From the NCBI GenBank assembly GCA_041690295.1, contig JAWLHR010000015.1:1-64000 (forward strand): DNA of 64,000 bases, given 5' to 3'. Source of the DNA: Bdellovibrionales bacterium. Lineage in GTDB: Bacteria; Bdellovibrionota; Bdellovibrionia; Bdellovibrionales; UBA1609. A program made the position numbers and the translations under genes. The notes under the pieces are model-generated. The model had not been told where the DNA came from, did no database searches, and worked only from the letters and a program-made list of their open reading frames with translations. Within the stretch, counting starts at the first letter, position 1. Every line of letters begins with the position of its first letter. Of this stretch, positions 1 to 8,829 are shown piece by piece.

Positions 1-169
1 GGCCGTGGCAAAAACCATGAGAGCCGAATATACGATCGATTGCGCGACTCACTTGGCCAGGAAACTTTTTGTTGCACCGGGGCGGGTCCATATACGGGCC
101 CAGTCAAGTGAGTCGCCGACCGATGCGTCGAACCTTGCCCGTAAATTTCCAAGCGGAGAAGATCGTTCC

Positions 170-553
170 ATGAAAAGACGTTTGATCTTTGGGATAACCG
201 TCGCGTTGGCGGTCGCCTCTTCGGCGTTTTTAGGCTGCGCGACATCCAAGGCGCCGACCCAGCTCGCCCGGTCCTCTCCCTTTAGAAAAATTCAGGTGGG
301 GATGGAAAAGGCGGACATCTTGCGGTCCTTCGGCGCCCCAGATCGAATTGATATCGTTGAAAACCGCAAGTTTCGTTACACCTATATTGACGAAGACAAT
401 GCCCGGGTCACTTTGCTCTTTGATGAGTCCAATCGGGTGATCGAAATCGGCGGCGTGGAGAGCACGCAAATTTCCGCGGCCGCGCAAAAACCGGCCGAAC
501 CCAGCGAGAGTCCGGCGCCAGGTGAAGAGTCACAGGACGATTTTCAGCAATAG
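170..553 (+). CDS. Lipoprotein with SmpA/OmlA (BamE-like) domain and acidic C-terminal tail
   Basis: ATG at 170 after GGAG; lipobox-like FLGC; 'IQVGMEKADILRSFGAPD...YTY' resembles the SmpA/OmlA pattern. Confidence 0.6.
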   Translation: MKRRLIFGITVALAVASSAFLGCATSKAPTQLARSSPFRKIQVGMEKADILRSFGAPDRIDIVENRKFRYTYIDEDNARVTLLFDESNRVIEIGGVESTQISAAAQKPAEPSESPAPGEESQDDFQQ

Positions 554-563
554 ATGATTTTCC

Positions 564-935
564 TCATTGAACCGTGAGATCGGTGATCACGTTGTCCTCG
601 CCCGCGATTTTTCGGGCGATGTTGGTCACGCGAGCGCGTTCCATTTCATTTAAGACGGTCCCCGAGATCGTGACCCGGCCGTTGGTGGCGCTGACCGCGA
701 TCTTTTTCGCCGTGGTTGATAAGGTGGGATCTTTTTGTACCTGCTCGCGAATTTCCTTGGCCAGTTGCGCGTCGGTTTTCGGCCCGGGCCGCGAGTTCAC
801 CCCTTTGGATTCCATCAGTTGCCGGCGCTCCATTTCCTGTTCGCGTTCCGGTTTGGGCAGGACATCCGGTAACTCACCGGGGCCGACGGCCGCCATTGTG
901 ATGATGGTGATTAAAAGTAAATTTATAAATCCCAT
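564..935 (-). CDS. Secreted BON-domain protein
   Basis: Signal peptide; 'DAQLAKEIREQV...IAVSATNGRVTISGTV...IAGEDNVITDL' BON pattern; GGAGG RBS. Confidence 0.85.
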   Translation of the reverse strand: MGFINLLLITIITMAAVGPGELPDVLPKPEREQEMERRQLMESKGVNSRPGPKTDAQLAKEIREQVQKDPTLSTTAKKIAVSATNGRVTISGTVLNEMERARVTNIARKIAGEDNVITDLTVQ

Positions 936-977
936 GACTTAACCTCCGCCGCAGCGGCGCTGCAGCGATCTCATCAG

Positions 978-993
978 TGCACAATTTAAGCCA
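978..993 (-). promoter_or_regulatory. Putative sigma-54 promoter for the BON gene
   Basis: Minus strand TGGCTTAAATTGTGCA has exact GG-N10-GC spacing, about 45 nt upstream of the ATG. Confidence 0.4.
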
Positions 994-1008
994 TGGTGAG
1001 CTTTTGAC

Positions 1009-1914
1009 TCATTGTTTCAGAAACTCGGAAATGGATTCCGTAACCGCTTTCCACTGTTCAGAGCCGAGGTGCTTCTCGTCGATGATCAAGTGATAGGCAT
1101 GATTTTCATCCTCTAACTCCAAGGTCGTGACGGTCTGAACTTGCCATTGCGGAAAATACTCTTCGATGGCTTTGCGAAGTCCTTTGGGAGAAATGACCTG
1201 ATCACGTTCATCAAGAAACACCAACCCCGGTGCCGCCGTGGCTTCGGCGGCGATGGCCATGCGATCAGGTAGGAACTTAAGCAGCCTCATCAACGCGTAA
1301 CTCGGTCCAAGCCCCACGTGATCAAAGTGCACGTACTCCGGCGGAATTCCACTCGGGTATTTGAAGTGGCGAGGCGTCCATCGCTCAAGCCACTCGGCTA
1401 AGAATCCGGGCGTGCGAATGGCCAAAGCCGGTGCGAAGAGGATAAAGCGATGGCATTTGATTTTCTCCGCGAGATGTCTTTCCACCAGGAGCAATCCGCC
1501 CATGGAATAGCCCGCGCAGATGATGGGCTTTTTCAACGAAACTTGCCACTCGTGCACCTGTCCGAACCAGAGTTGAAGCGGGTCGACCAGAGTTTCCTCC
1601 ACCTGACCGCGATGACCGGCCAAGCGGGGGATCATGACGTCAAACCCCTCGGAACGGAAAACCTCGCCCAGCGATCGAAGTTTGCTCGCTTCAAAGTTCA
1701 AGCCATGCAGGAGCAAGACGGAGCCACGGGCTTTGTCGGCGGCGAGAAACAAGTCGTCGTTGCGATGGGCGTTGGGCGAAGGCGCGTGATTCCGCCAGAG
1801 ACTGCGAACGTAGGTCCATGCGCCCCAGGAATTTGAAAAATACATCAGGGCGATGACCGGCAACAGGATAATGGCGATCAGCCAATAGCGATTCCGGCGG
1901 AACATGAACTTCAA
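1009..1914 (-). CDS. Membrane-anchored alpha/beta hydrolase (esterase/lipase)
   Basis: LLLHGL oxyanion motif, GYSMG nucleophile elbow, D(QVI) and C-terminal His; N-terminal TM. Confidence 0.8.
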   Translation of the reverse strand: MKFMFRRNRYWLIAIILLPVIALMYFSNSWGAWTYVRSLWRNHAPSPNAHRNDDLFLAADKARGSVLLLHGLNFEASKLRSLGEVFRSEGFDVMIPRLAGHRGQVEETLVDPLQLWFGQVHEWQVSLKKPIICAGYSMGGLLLVERHLAEKIKCHRFILFAPALAIRTPGFLAEWLERWTPRHFKYPSGIPPEYVHFDHVGLGPSYALMRLLKFLPDRMAIAAEATAAPGLVFLDERDQVISPKGLRKAIEEYFPQWQVQTVTTLELEDENHAYHLIIDEKHLGSEQWKAVTESISEFLKQ

Positions 1915-1963
1915 GTAATATCACATTGACGGAGCTGATTTAAAGGGCCACGCTAAAAGAGTT

Positions 1964-2425
1964 ATGGCCTCGAATCGTCGATCGCGTATAGGTCTGATTA
2001 ATCCACAGCGCCAGCTGCGAATCGCGTTCTATTCCATGGGCGGCGGCATCACCGCGCTCATGCTTTTCTGCATTTATCTTTTAATGTCCCTGGAAAATTC
2101 ATTTCAGAATATGCTGGCCAACGCCCAGGTGCCCACGGAAGTGAGCGATTCCCTGCTTGATCAAGTGGGGTCGGCGCAGTTGCAAGTCTCGTTCGCGGGA
2201 TTGCTTCTGTTGGCCTGCGCGGTTTTCATCGGCATTAAGGTGACTCATCGGGTTTACGGTCCCGTCGTGCAGATCCGTAAGCACATCGCCAACCTTATCG
2301 CCGGGGATTATTCTTCGCGCGTGCAATTGCGCGATCACGATCACTTCACCGAATTGGCCGAGGAGCTGAATCTTTTGGCTGAGAAGCTTGCAGCGCCCAC
2401 CGCAGTTCATCGTGACTCGGTTTAA
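1964..2425 (+). CDS. Two-TM protein with C-terminal HAMP domain and no output domain
   Basis: Two hydrophobic helices; 'THRVYGPV...GDYSSRVQLRDHDHFTELAEELN' is HAMP-like. Confidence 0.7.
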   Translation: MASNRRSRIGLINPQRQLRIAFYSMGGGITALMLFCIYLLMSLENSFQNMLANAQVPTEVSDSLLDQVGSAQLQVSFAGLLLLACAVFIGIKVTHRVYGPVVQIRKHIANLIAGDYSSRVQLRDHDHFTELAEELNLLAEKLAAPTAVHRDSV

Positions 2426-3305
2426 CCACGAACTCGGCGATGGCCGGGTCGGAGGGCGTGCGCCGGGCGGCGGTGGCCACCACTTCAATCTTGTAATTTC
2501 CCCGTTTAAGATCGGTGAATGACCAGGTGGTTTCGCTCAACGAAGCCTCTTGGCTTAAAGCCCACTCGGTTTCATCCAAGTGGCGGAAAAAAAGCTTGGC
2601 CTGATAAGTGGTGGCGCCGGGGGACTCGTGCCAGCTGATCTTTTGTTCCCGTGGATTGATTTCCAAGGGTCCGATATCCGGTGAGGTGAGTTTGGCGCCC
2701 AAAAGCGTAAAGGTGAATGTGGTCGGCGACTGGGCATAACTGATGCCGGACGCGCTTTCGAATAATACCTGCCAATAATAAATCTCGCCCGGCGGGACAT
2801 CCAATTTGGTCTTGTTGGTTTTCACGGTGAAGACCCATGGCGTTTCTTTTCTTTTTTCGGTCCAGACTTTCACCGTGTATTCTTTGACTTTGTCCACCGG
2901 CATCCACTCGAATTCGATGGTTTGTTTTTTCTGCTCCTTCGCGGCGATCACGGCGCGGTCTTCAGGTTTTAACGGGACGATTTCCTTTTCCACCACTTCA
3001 AAGGGCACGGGATCGCTCCAGGGACTGAAGTAATCGGCGTCCTTGGCGCGGGCCCGGATGCGAAGTTTATATTTTCCCGTGGGCACGGTTTGGCTGAGCT
3101 TGCTTTCCTCGGTGAAAAAGCGCAAACGCTTTCCACCTTTTTCGGGAATCAGCTGAACTTCATAACCGCCGACTTTTTCATCGGCCTCCCATTCGATTTC
3201 AATGGTTTTCATCGGAGGGGCCGTGTCCGCCCAGCTGAAGCCGGGCGCGATGAAAAGACAAGCCAACGCCGTACTAAGGAACGCGTTCATCCTCGTCACT
3301 TTCAC
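2346..3305 (-). CDS. Secreted protein with about three fibronectin type III-like beta domains
   Basis: Signal peptide; repeated 'EW...Y.V', 'YKLRIRA', 'YYWQV', 'YKIEVVA' strands; alternative start at 3290; overlaps the convergent upstream gene by about 80 nt. Confidence 0.6.
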   Translation of the reverse strand: MKVTRMNAFLSTALACLFIAPGFSWADTAPPMKTIEIEWEADEKVGGYEVQLIPEKGGKRLRFFTEESKLSQTVPTGKYKLRIRARAKDADYFSPWSDPVPFEVVEKEIVPLKPEDRAVIAAKEQKKQTIEFEWMPVDKVKEYTVKVWTEKRKETPWVFTVKTNKTKLDVPPGEIYYWQVLFESASGISYAQSPTTFTFTLLGAKLTSPDIGPLEINPREQKISWHESPGATTYQAKLFFRHLDETEWALSQEASLSETTWSFTDLKRGNYKIEVVATAARRTPSDPAIAEFVVKPSHDELRWALQASQPKDSAPRPIR

Positions 3306-4191
3306 TGGCTAACTCGCGCACCGTGCTTTGGTGAAAATCAAAACCGGGGATCACGACCGGTTCTTTGCCGACAAATGAACGATTCGCCATTTTCACGGCG
3401 AACTTCATGGCTTTGTCCTGGGGAAATCCCAGCCCGTCTTTTTTGGTGGCGTATTCATAGGCCGAAAAAAAGTTGTCGATGGCTTTGGGGCCGCCCTTTA
3501 AAACGTTGTAAGCGAGGTCCAAAGAGGTTTTTACATCCAGAGCGAACTCCTCTTTTTCACGAAACGTGTTGTAGAGACGATAAAACGGCTGCCGAATCCC
3601 GTTTTCGTAGTACTGGCTCAAGCGGGCGAGTTTGATGGTGTATTGAGCGCATAAAGACATCGGCAGGTCCAAATTTTTCCCATCCTTGCAAAAACGCACC
3701 AGTTCAAGAAAATCGTTTCGCACCTGCACCGGATCGCCGCGGTAATCCTTGGACAGTTCGAACGCCAGACTCAACGCCGTTGTGTACTCATAATCAAAAA
3801 ATTCCTGGATAAAGGATTTGGTGAAGATCTCAGTGAAATTAGTTTGCACGTAGTCGGGCAGGCGGGAGAACTCAAACGCCATTTCCATGGCTTTGCGATC
3901 GGAAAGGCCCGAGCGCTTGAGCATCATCAACACTTTGGCGAAGCGATCGGCGGCGCCCGTGCAACCCTCGGAAACTTTGTCGGCGATTTTTCTCGCGACA
4001 TCCTCGGTGACCATCAGCTCTTTGTTCCCGCGCATGAACTCCAAAGCCTTGATGTATTCGGTCGTGGATTCGCAACTATTTTTCTTTTGTTTCTCAAGCG
4101 CCTTGCGACGGACCTCCGGCATGTCGTCGTCGTAACTGGCGAACGTCACCGATGAGGAGAGGAGGAGGGCGAAAACAAAGATTCGTTTCAT
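3274..4191 (-). CDS. Secreted hypothetical protein made of tandem alpha-helical repeats
   Basis: Signal peptide (VTFA); about six 35-40 aa helical repeats. Confidence 0.7.
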   Translation of the reverse strand: MKRIFVFALLLSSSVTFASYDDDMPEVRRKALEKQKKNSCESTTEYIKALEFMRGNKELMVTEDVARKIADKVSEGCTGAADRFAKVLMMLKRSGLSDRKAMEMAFEFSRLPDYVQTNFTEIFTKSFIQEFFDYEYTTALSLAFELSKDYRGDPVQVRNDFLELVRFCKDGKNLDLPMSLCAQYTIKLARLSQYYENGIRQPFYRLYNTFREKEEFALDVKTSLDLAYNVLKGGPKAIDNFFSAYEYATKKDGLGFPQDKAMKFAVKMANRSFVGKEPVVIPGFDFHQSTVRELASESDEDERVP

Positions 4192-4973
4192 CAGAAGACC
4201 CAGCTTAAAGTCGCCATCGGCGTCAGCGCCTTCTCGTGGGGATCATAGTAGAAGGACGTCGACGCCCGCGCGGATTTTAACGGCGCGTAGATTTTCTTTT
4301 TATATTCAATATGTTTCTCGTGAACCAAAATGTTGTGGTCGGTGAACATGAGCGGCAGAAACGCGAGAATCGCGGAGACACCGGCGGTCATTTTGCCATT
4401 GTCATCGGCGTGGATCACCGCGGCGCCGCTGGCCACGAAGTTGGTGAGGACTGAAACAATCTGCAAAACACGCATGGTTCGCGCCGGACGCTCCAAGGCC
4501 TCTTCCGCCAATCGCTCGCGCAATAAAGTCGTCCGTTCGTCATCGCCTTTGTACTTGTTGGTGTTTCGTAGTCCCCGAAGGTAGGGGCGCTGAGCACCGA
4601 ACGCGGTGACGCCGATCAACCAACCGGCACCGATGGCTTGCGCCACGGTGGCGATGGACTTGGCGTCCTTTTCCTGCTTGCTCGAAAGATCTTCGCGAAA
4701 ATTATTCTTGGCGGTGAGTCCGACATAGAGCGTGCTTAAGGCGGAAACTTGAATCGGCCAATGGGTGACATACCAGGTGCGAGATTCGGAAAGCGCTTCC
4801 ATTCTCAGGCGTTCACTCGCCCGGGGAACCACCTGAAGCTCCGGATAACCCATGCTTTCCAGAATCGAAGACACATCGTTCTTCTCTTCGGGTTCTTTGT
4901 CGTTGGATGCTTGAGCCCAAGCGGTTGAATGGACCAGCCCCGCGGTCAAGACGGTGAGTAGGATCTTGATCAT
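4191..4973 (-). CDS. Hypothetical exported/membrane protein
   Basis: Signal peptide (AWA), several hydrophobic segments, C-terminal 'LSWVF'; stop overlaps the next start. Confidence 0.7.
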   Translation of the reverse strand: MIKILLTVLTAGLVHSTAWAQASNDKEPEEKNDVSSILESMGYPELQVVPRASERLRMEALSESRTWYVTHWPIQVSALSTLYVGLTAKNNFREDLSSKQEKDAKSIATVAQAIGAGWLIGVTAFGAQRPYLRGLRNTNKYKGDDERTTLLRERLAEEALERPARTMRVLQIVSVLTNFVASGAAVIHADDNGKMTAGVSAILAFLPLMFTDHNILVHEKHIEYKKKIYAPLKSARASTSFYYDPHEKALTPMATLSWVF

Positions 4974-5022
4974 TTCTTTCCCCCATTCTCCATAGTAATG
5001 AGGGCGAACTTCGCGGGTAAGT

Positions 5023-7554
5023 CTAGAGGGCGTCGAATCTGGACTTAAATTGCGTTTGCCGGAACTGAAGTCGGGACAACCAAATCAGTGCGAAAAGCCC
5101 CATGATCCAAGTGCAAGCGAAAATCTGAATTAAACTCAACCAATCGAAGCGGGGAAGTGAGGCGAAAGCCTTTTCCGCGAGAACCCAACAAACGATCAAA
5201 CTCAGACTAGAGCCCAGGATCACGCCGCCGAGACTGAGCAGACCGTAGGCCATGACTTGCAAGCGAAGAATGTCTTTGAACTCCATTCCCTGGCGATGAA
5301 GCTGAATCCAATCCCGTTCACTCGAGACCAACTGAAAAAGCAAGATCATTACGAACACGAACAGACCCAGGCCAAGCGACAAACGACTGGCGATTCTCAA
5401 GCCCGCGCCCAGCTTTCGGACCATGCCGGCGATGGTGTGCACGGCCTCCTCCACGTTGATGGACGTGACATTGGGAAAATCTTTGGCGATCAGCCGCTGA
5501 ATTTCGCCGGGGTTTAATTCCGGATGGGGCGCGAGGGTCAAAATCCATGTTTTGGGCGCCTCATCGATCACGCCGGGTTTAAGCTGCATAAAAAAGTTGG
5601 GTTGGAAACTGTCCCAATCCACGGTGCGCAGATTGGCGATTGTGGCTTTGACTTCCACGCCCTGGACATCAAACAAAATTTGATCGCCCAGATTCAGGTT
5701 CAAGCGGCGGGCGTATCTTTCCTCCACTGAAATTTCCGCTGGTTCCACCGACATCTCGGCGAAGTCTTTTCCCCGGATCACTTTCTCGGCGGGCCCGAGA
5801 GTGGGACGGTAGGTGAGATTGACGCCCCGATTGCGCATGCGCGCGTCGTTTTCCTCCTCACGCGTGCTGAACGCATTGAGTTCGGCGCGTTCAAAGTCCG
5901 TTCCATTCACTTGCAACAGGCGCGCGCGGATGAAGGGTGAGCTTTGCGAAATACGGATTTGGTGCCGCGAGAGAAACTCGCGCAGCGGTTCGAATTGCTC
6001 ATCCTGCACATCAAAAAGAAAAAGTCCCGGGCGCTCGACGTCGGGAGGAGATGTGATTTCCCCGACGATGGTTTTTTCCAGGTGAGGTATTAATTGCGAC
6101 AGGAGTCCGGTCATGGCGCTCACTGTGATCAGTAAGATCGCGATGGCTTTCCGGCGCGTCCAAAGTGAGAGGCAAAGATGCCAGAGCAAGGACAGGCGCT
6201 CGTGCTTGACTCGCGAAAGCGCGGACAACGCCAGGGCGGAAAGCGTCACCACAAATCCCACGCTCCCGATCATGGACACCAGAAAAGTTCCGGTCACTTT
6301 CCAGCTTCGCGCTTGCAGGAAGGTCAAGAGCACGGCGAGTAGGGCCAAACCCAAAAGAGAGATAAGGGTCCAGATTGAAACCCGTCGCGGACCTCTCAAA
6401 CCCGCGATCAACTGAAGTGGCGCGGTTTCCGCCAGGCGAGAGAGGCTTTCAATAAGGAGAAACCATCCCACAATCGGGCCGACAAGAAAGAGCAGGAGTG
6501 AATTGCGCCAGGACCAGGTGAGAGTGAATCCTTCGGGCAAACCCTGCCGGAGCCAAGGCTCGGCTAAATTCGAAGCCAGCCAAGCAAGAACTCCACCGGA
6601 GATCACACCCAACCCTAAAATGAGTGTGAGTTTGAGAATCCAATGCCAGCGCAGTTGAGCCGCGGTCCATCCAAGGGCTTTCAGTAATCCGCCCGCCGCT
6701 TGCTCAAGCATCAGCCATCTTCGACCCAGATAATAAACGCCGACCCAGCCCAGTGAAAGTGTGACCAGCGCGACCAGTCCAAGATAGTCCAACAATTGGC
6801 TCATCACTCGCAGTGGGCCCTGATCCAAATCGGTGGGAACCGTCACGCGCAAACTCGTGTCCGGTAACTTTTTCTCCACCACGGTTTTCAAATCGGGTGG
6901 AACTTCCCCGGCGAAGGCCGCGAAGTTCACTTCGGAAAAGGTGGAGCCGTATTGGACAAGTTCCGTGGCGTTAAGGTGTTTTCGATGCAAGTAGATTCGC
7001 GGGGCCATGTTGCCGAAGCGAAAGGTTTGCGACGGATCGGTTTCAATCACTCCTCGAATCACGAAGGTCTGCTTTCCGACTTTCAGTTCGTCACCCACTT
7101 CGATATCCATCAGTGAAAGCAGATCGGAAGCCACCCAGGCTTCGGGCGCGGCGGACAGCTCGGCTCCCGTACGATCGCGTGACTCCGATCCTTCACGAAC
7201 TTTCAGGCCGCCGAGAAGTGGAAACGAATCATCGATGAATCTCAGAAAACCAAGCCGGCTTTCTTTTTCGGTGGAAACCATGGCGAACATCTCCACCAAT
7301 TGACTGAAGCGGGCGTCCGTCCAAAGCTCGCGGAACTGGGCGCGTTCCTCTTCGGTCAACAAACGACGGGCGGAGAGCGCCACGTGCCCGGTCAGCAATT
7401 TAGCGCCCTCACTTCGCAGTGTCTCCGACAGGCTGGTCCGGTAAACGTCGATGATCAAAAGTCCGGAGACCGCGAAGGCGAGACTGATGATCCAAATCAG
7501 AAAAATCCCGCGTTGGCGTAAGATCGAATGAAAAATCAGTTTTACTGCAAGCAA
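5023..7554 (-). CDS. ABC transporter permease, YbbP/FtsX-like
   Basis: 843 aa with two FtsX-like TM halves; 'FLFDVQ', 'RTVDWDSFQPNFF' motifs; follows the ATPase gene. Confidence 0.85.
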   Translation of the reverse strand: MLAVKLIFHSILRQRGIFLIWIISLAFAVSGLLIIDVYRTSLSETLRSEGAKLLTGHVALSARRLLTEEERAQFRELWTDARFSQLVEMFAMVSTEKESRLGFLRFIDDSFPLLGGLKVREGSESRDRTGAELSAAPEAWVASDLLSLMDIEVGDELKVGKQTFVIRGVIETDPSQTFRFGNMAPRIYLHRKHLNATELVQYGSTFSEVNFAAFAGEVPPDLKTVVEKKLPDTSLRVTVPTDLDQGPLRVMSQLLDYLGLVALVTLSLGWVGVYYLGRRWLMLEQAAGGLLKALGWTAAQLRWHWILKLTLILGLGVISGGVLAWLASNLAEPWLRQGLPEGFTLTWSWRNSLLLFLVGPIVGWFLLIESLSRLAETAPLQLIAGLRGPRRVSIWTLISLLGLALLAVLLTFLQARSWKVTGTFLVSMIGSVGFVVTLSALALSALSRVKHERLSLLWHLCLSLWTRRKAIAILLITVSAMTGLLSQLIPHLEKTIVGEITSPPDVERPGLFLFDVQDEQFEPLREFLSRHQIRISQSSPFIRARLLQVNGTDFERAELNAFSTREEENDARMRNRGVNLTYRPTLGPAEKVIRGKDFAEMSVEPAEISVEERYARRLNLNLGDQILFDVQGVEVKATIANLRTVDWDSFQPNFFMQLKPGVIDEAPKTWILTLAPHPELNPGEIQRLIAKDFPNVTSINVEEAVHTIAGMVRKLGAGLRIASRLSLGLGLFVFVMILLFQLVSSERDWIQLHRQGMEFKDILRLQVMAYGLLSLGGVILGSSLSLIVCWVLAEKAFASLPRFDWLSLIQIFACTWIMGLFALIWLSRLQFRQTQFKSRFDAL

Positions 7555-8207
7555 AGCCGGCCCTCTTGCAGGGAGTATATCCGTTTGCAGCGCGAAGCCA
7601 CTTCCTGGGAATGGGTGACCAGAATCGCGGTCTGGCGTCGCTCGTTCAACTGCTGGAACAAAAGATCAAGCACGTTGACACCGGTTTTATGATCCAGACT
7701 GCCGGTCGGCTCATCAGCCAAGAGCAGTTCCGGATCGTGGATCACCGCTCGCCCGATCGCCACCCGCTGACATTCACCGCCGCTCAGCTGACTGGGCAAG
7801 TGTTGACTCCGTTGCGCCAGACCCAGCTGTTTCAATTTCTCCATGGCTTTTGCTTCGGGATCACTGTGACCCAGCATCCGCAAGGGCAATGCCACGTTCT
7901 CCAGCGCCGTCAAATAGGGAATCAGGTAATAATTTTGAAAGACGAAGCCCATGTTCTTTCGCCGAAACCTTGCCCACCGCGCTTCATCCCAGCTCTTCGT
8001 GGACTCGCCCGTCCACTTGATCTCGCCGGAGTCGGGACGATCGAATCCGGCAAGGAGAGAAAGCAGCGTGGACTTTCCGCTGCCGGATTCACCGATGATG
8101 GCCACGATTTCGCCCGATTCCACGGTCAAGTTGAGGTCTTTCAGAATCTGGAGGCGACTTTCGCCTTGCTTATAATTTTTGGTAATCGCGTTTAATTCTA
8201 TTTTCAT
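7542..8207 (-). CDS. ABC transporter ATP-binding protein (YbbA/LolD-like)
   Basis: Walker A GESGSGKS, signature LSGGE, Walker B LLLADEPTG, VTH switch. Confidence 0.95.
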   Translation of the reverse strand: MKIELNAITKNYKQGESRLQILKDLNLTVESGEIVAIIGESGSGKSTLLSLLAGFDRPDSGEIKWTGESTKSWDEARWARFRRKNMGFVFQNYYLIPYLTALENVALPLRMLGHSDPEAKAMEKLKQLGLAQRSQHLPSQLSGGECQRVAIGRAVIHDPELLLADEPTGSLDHKTGVNVLDLLFQQLNERRQTAILVTHSQEVASRCKRIYSLQEGRLCLQ

Positions 8208-8210
8208 GGT

Positions 8211-8828
8211 TTATAAATGGGGTTTGATGGCTTTGAAGACGGTTTCGGCCATCACCTCGTGGCCTTTTTCGTTGGGGTGAATGCCGTCGCTTAAATTCAG
8301 ATCCGCGCGTCCGCCGACCTTGTCCAAAAGAAAGGGCACCAGCGGAACTTTGTTTTGCCTGGCGACATTTTGAAAAGCCTCGGCGAATTTCTTTTCGTAG
8401 TCCTTGCCGTAGTTGGGAGGAACACGCATCCCGATCAAAATCACTTTCACTCCCGCGCTCTTGGTTTTTTGAATCGCCGCGGAAAGATTTTTTTCCATGT
8501 TTTCGACCGGCAGTCCGCGAAGTCCATCGTTCGCTCCCAGCGCCAAAAGAATAAAGTCGGGTTTTTGCTTAAGTTGCCAGTTCACGCGGGAGACGGCGCT
8601 CGCCGAAGTGGATCCACTGATTCCGGCATTCACCACTTCATAAGATTTTCCGTCCGCGTTCAGTTTGCTCTCGAGCAAGGCGGGCCAGGCTTTGTCTTTC
8701 GCCACGCCAAAGCCTTCGGTGAGAGAGTCGCCGATCACCACAATGCGCTTTGGAGCTTCAGTGGTGGCGAATGCTCCCATGGTGGTCATTAAGGCCAAAA
8801 CAAGCGCCGAAATTTTCATTGCCGACAT
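8211..8828 (-). CDS. tesA: Arylesterase / acyl-CoA thioesterase I (SGNH hydrolase)
   Basis: GDSL, NAGISG, LGANDGLRG, DGIHPN blocks; signal peptide; next to ybbAP-like genes. Confidence 0.88.
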   Translation of the reverse strand: MSAMKISALVLALMTTMGAFATTEAPKRIVVIGDSLTEGFGVAKDKAWPALLESKLNADGKSYEVVNAGISGSTSASAVSRVNWQLKQKPDFILLALGANDGLRGLPVENMEKNLSAAIQKTKSAGVKVILIGMRVPPNYGKDYEKKFAEAFQNVARQNKVPLVPFLLDKVGGRADLNLSDGIHPNEKGHEVMAETVFKAIKPHL

Positions 8829-8829
8829 T

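Noticed and set aside
5..169. 5' extension of the first ORF, and 6S RNA or tmRNA identity for this region
   Set aside because: The signal peptide and RBS point to ATG 170. GAGCCGA and GAACC recall 6S RNA but the complementary GGTTC arm is missing, and the tmRNA 5' GGGG end is absent.
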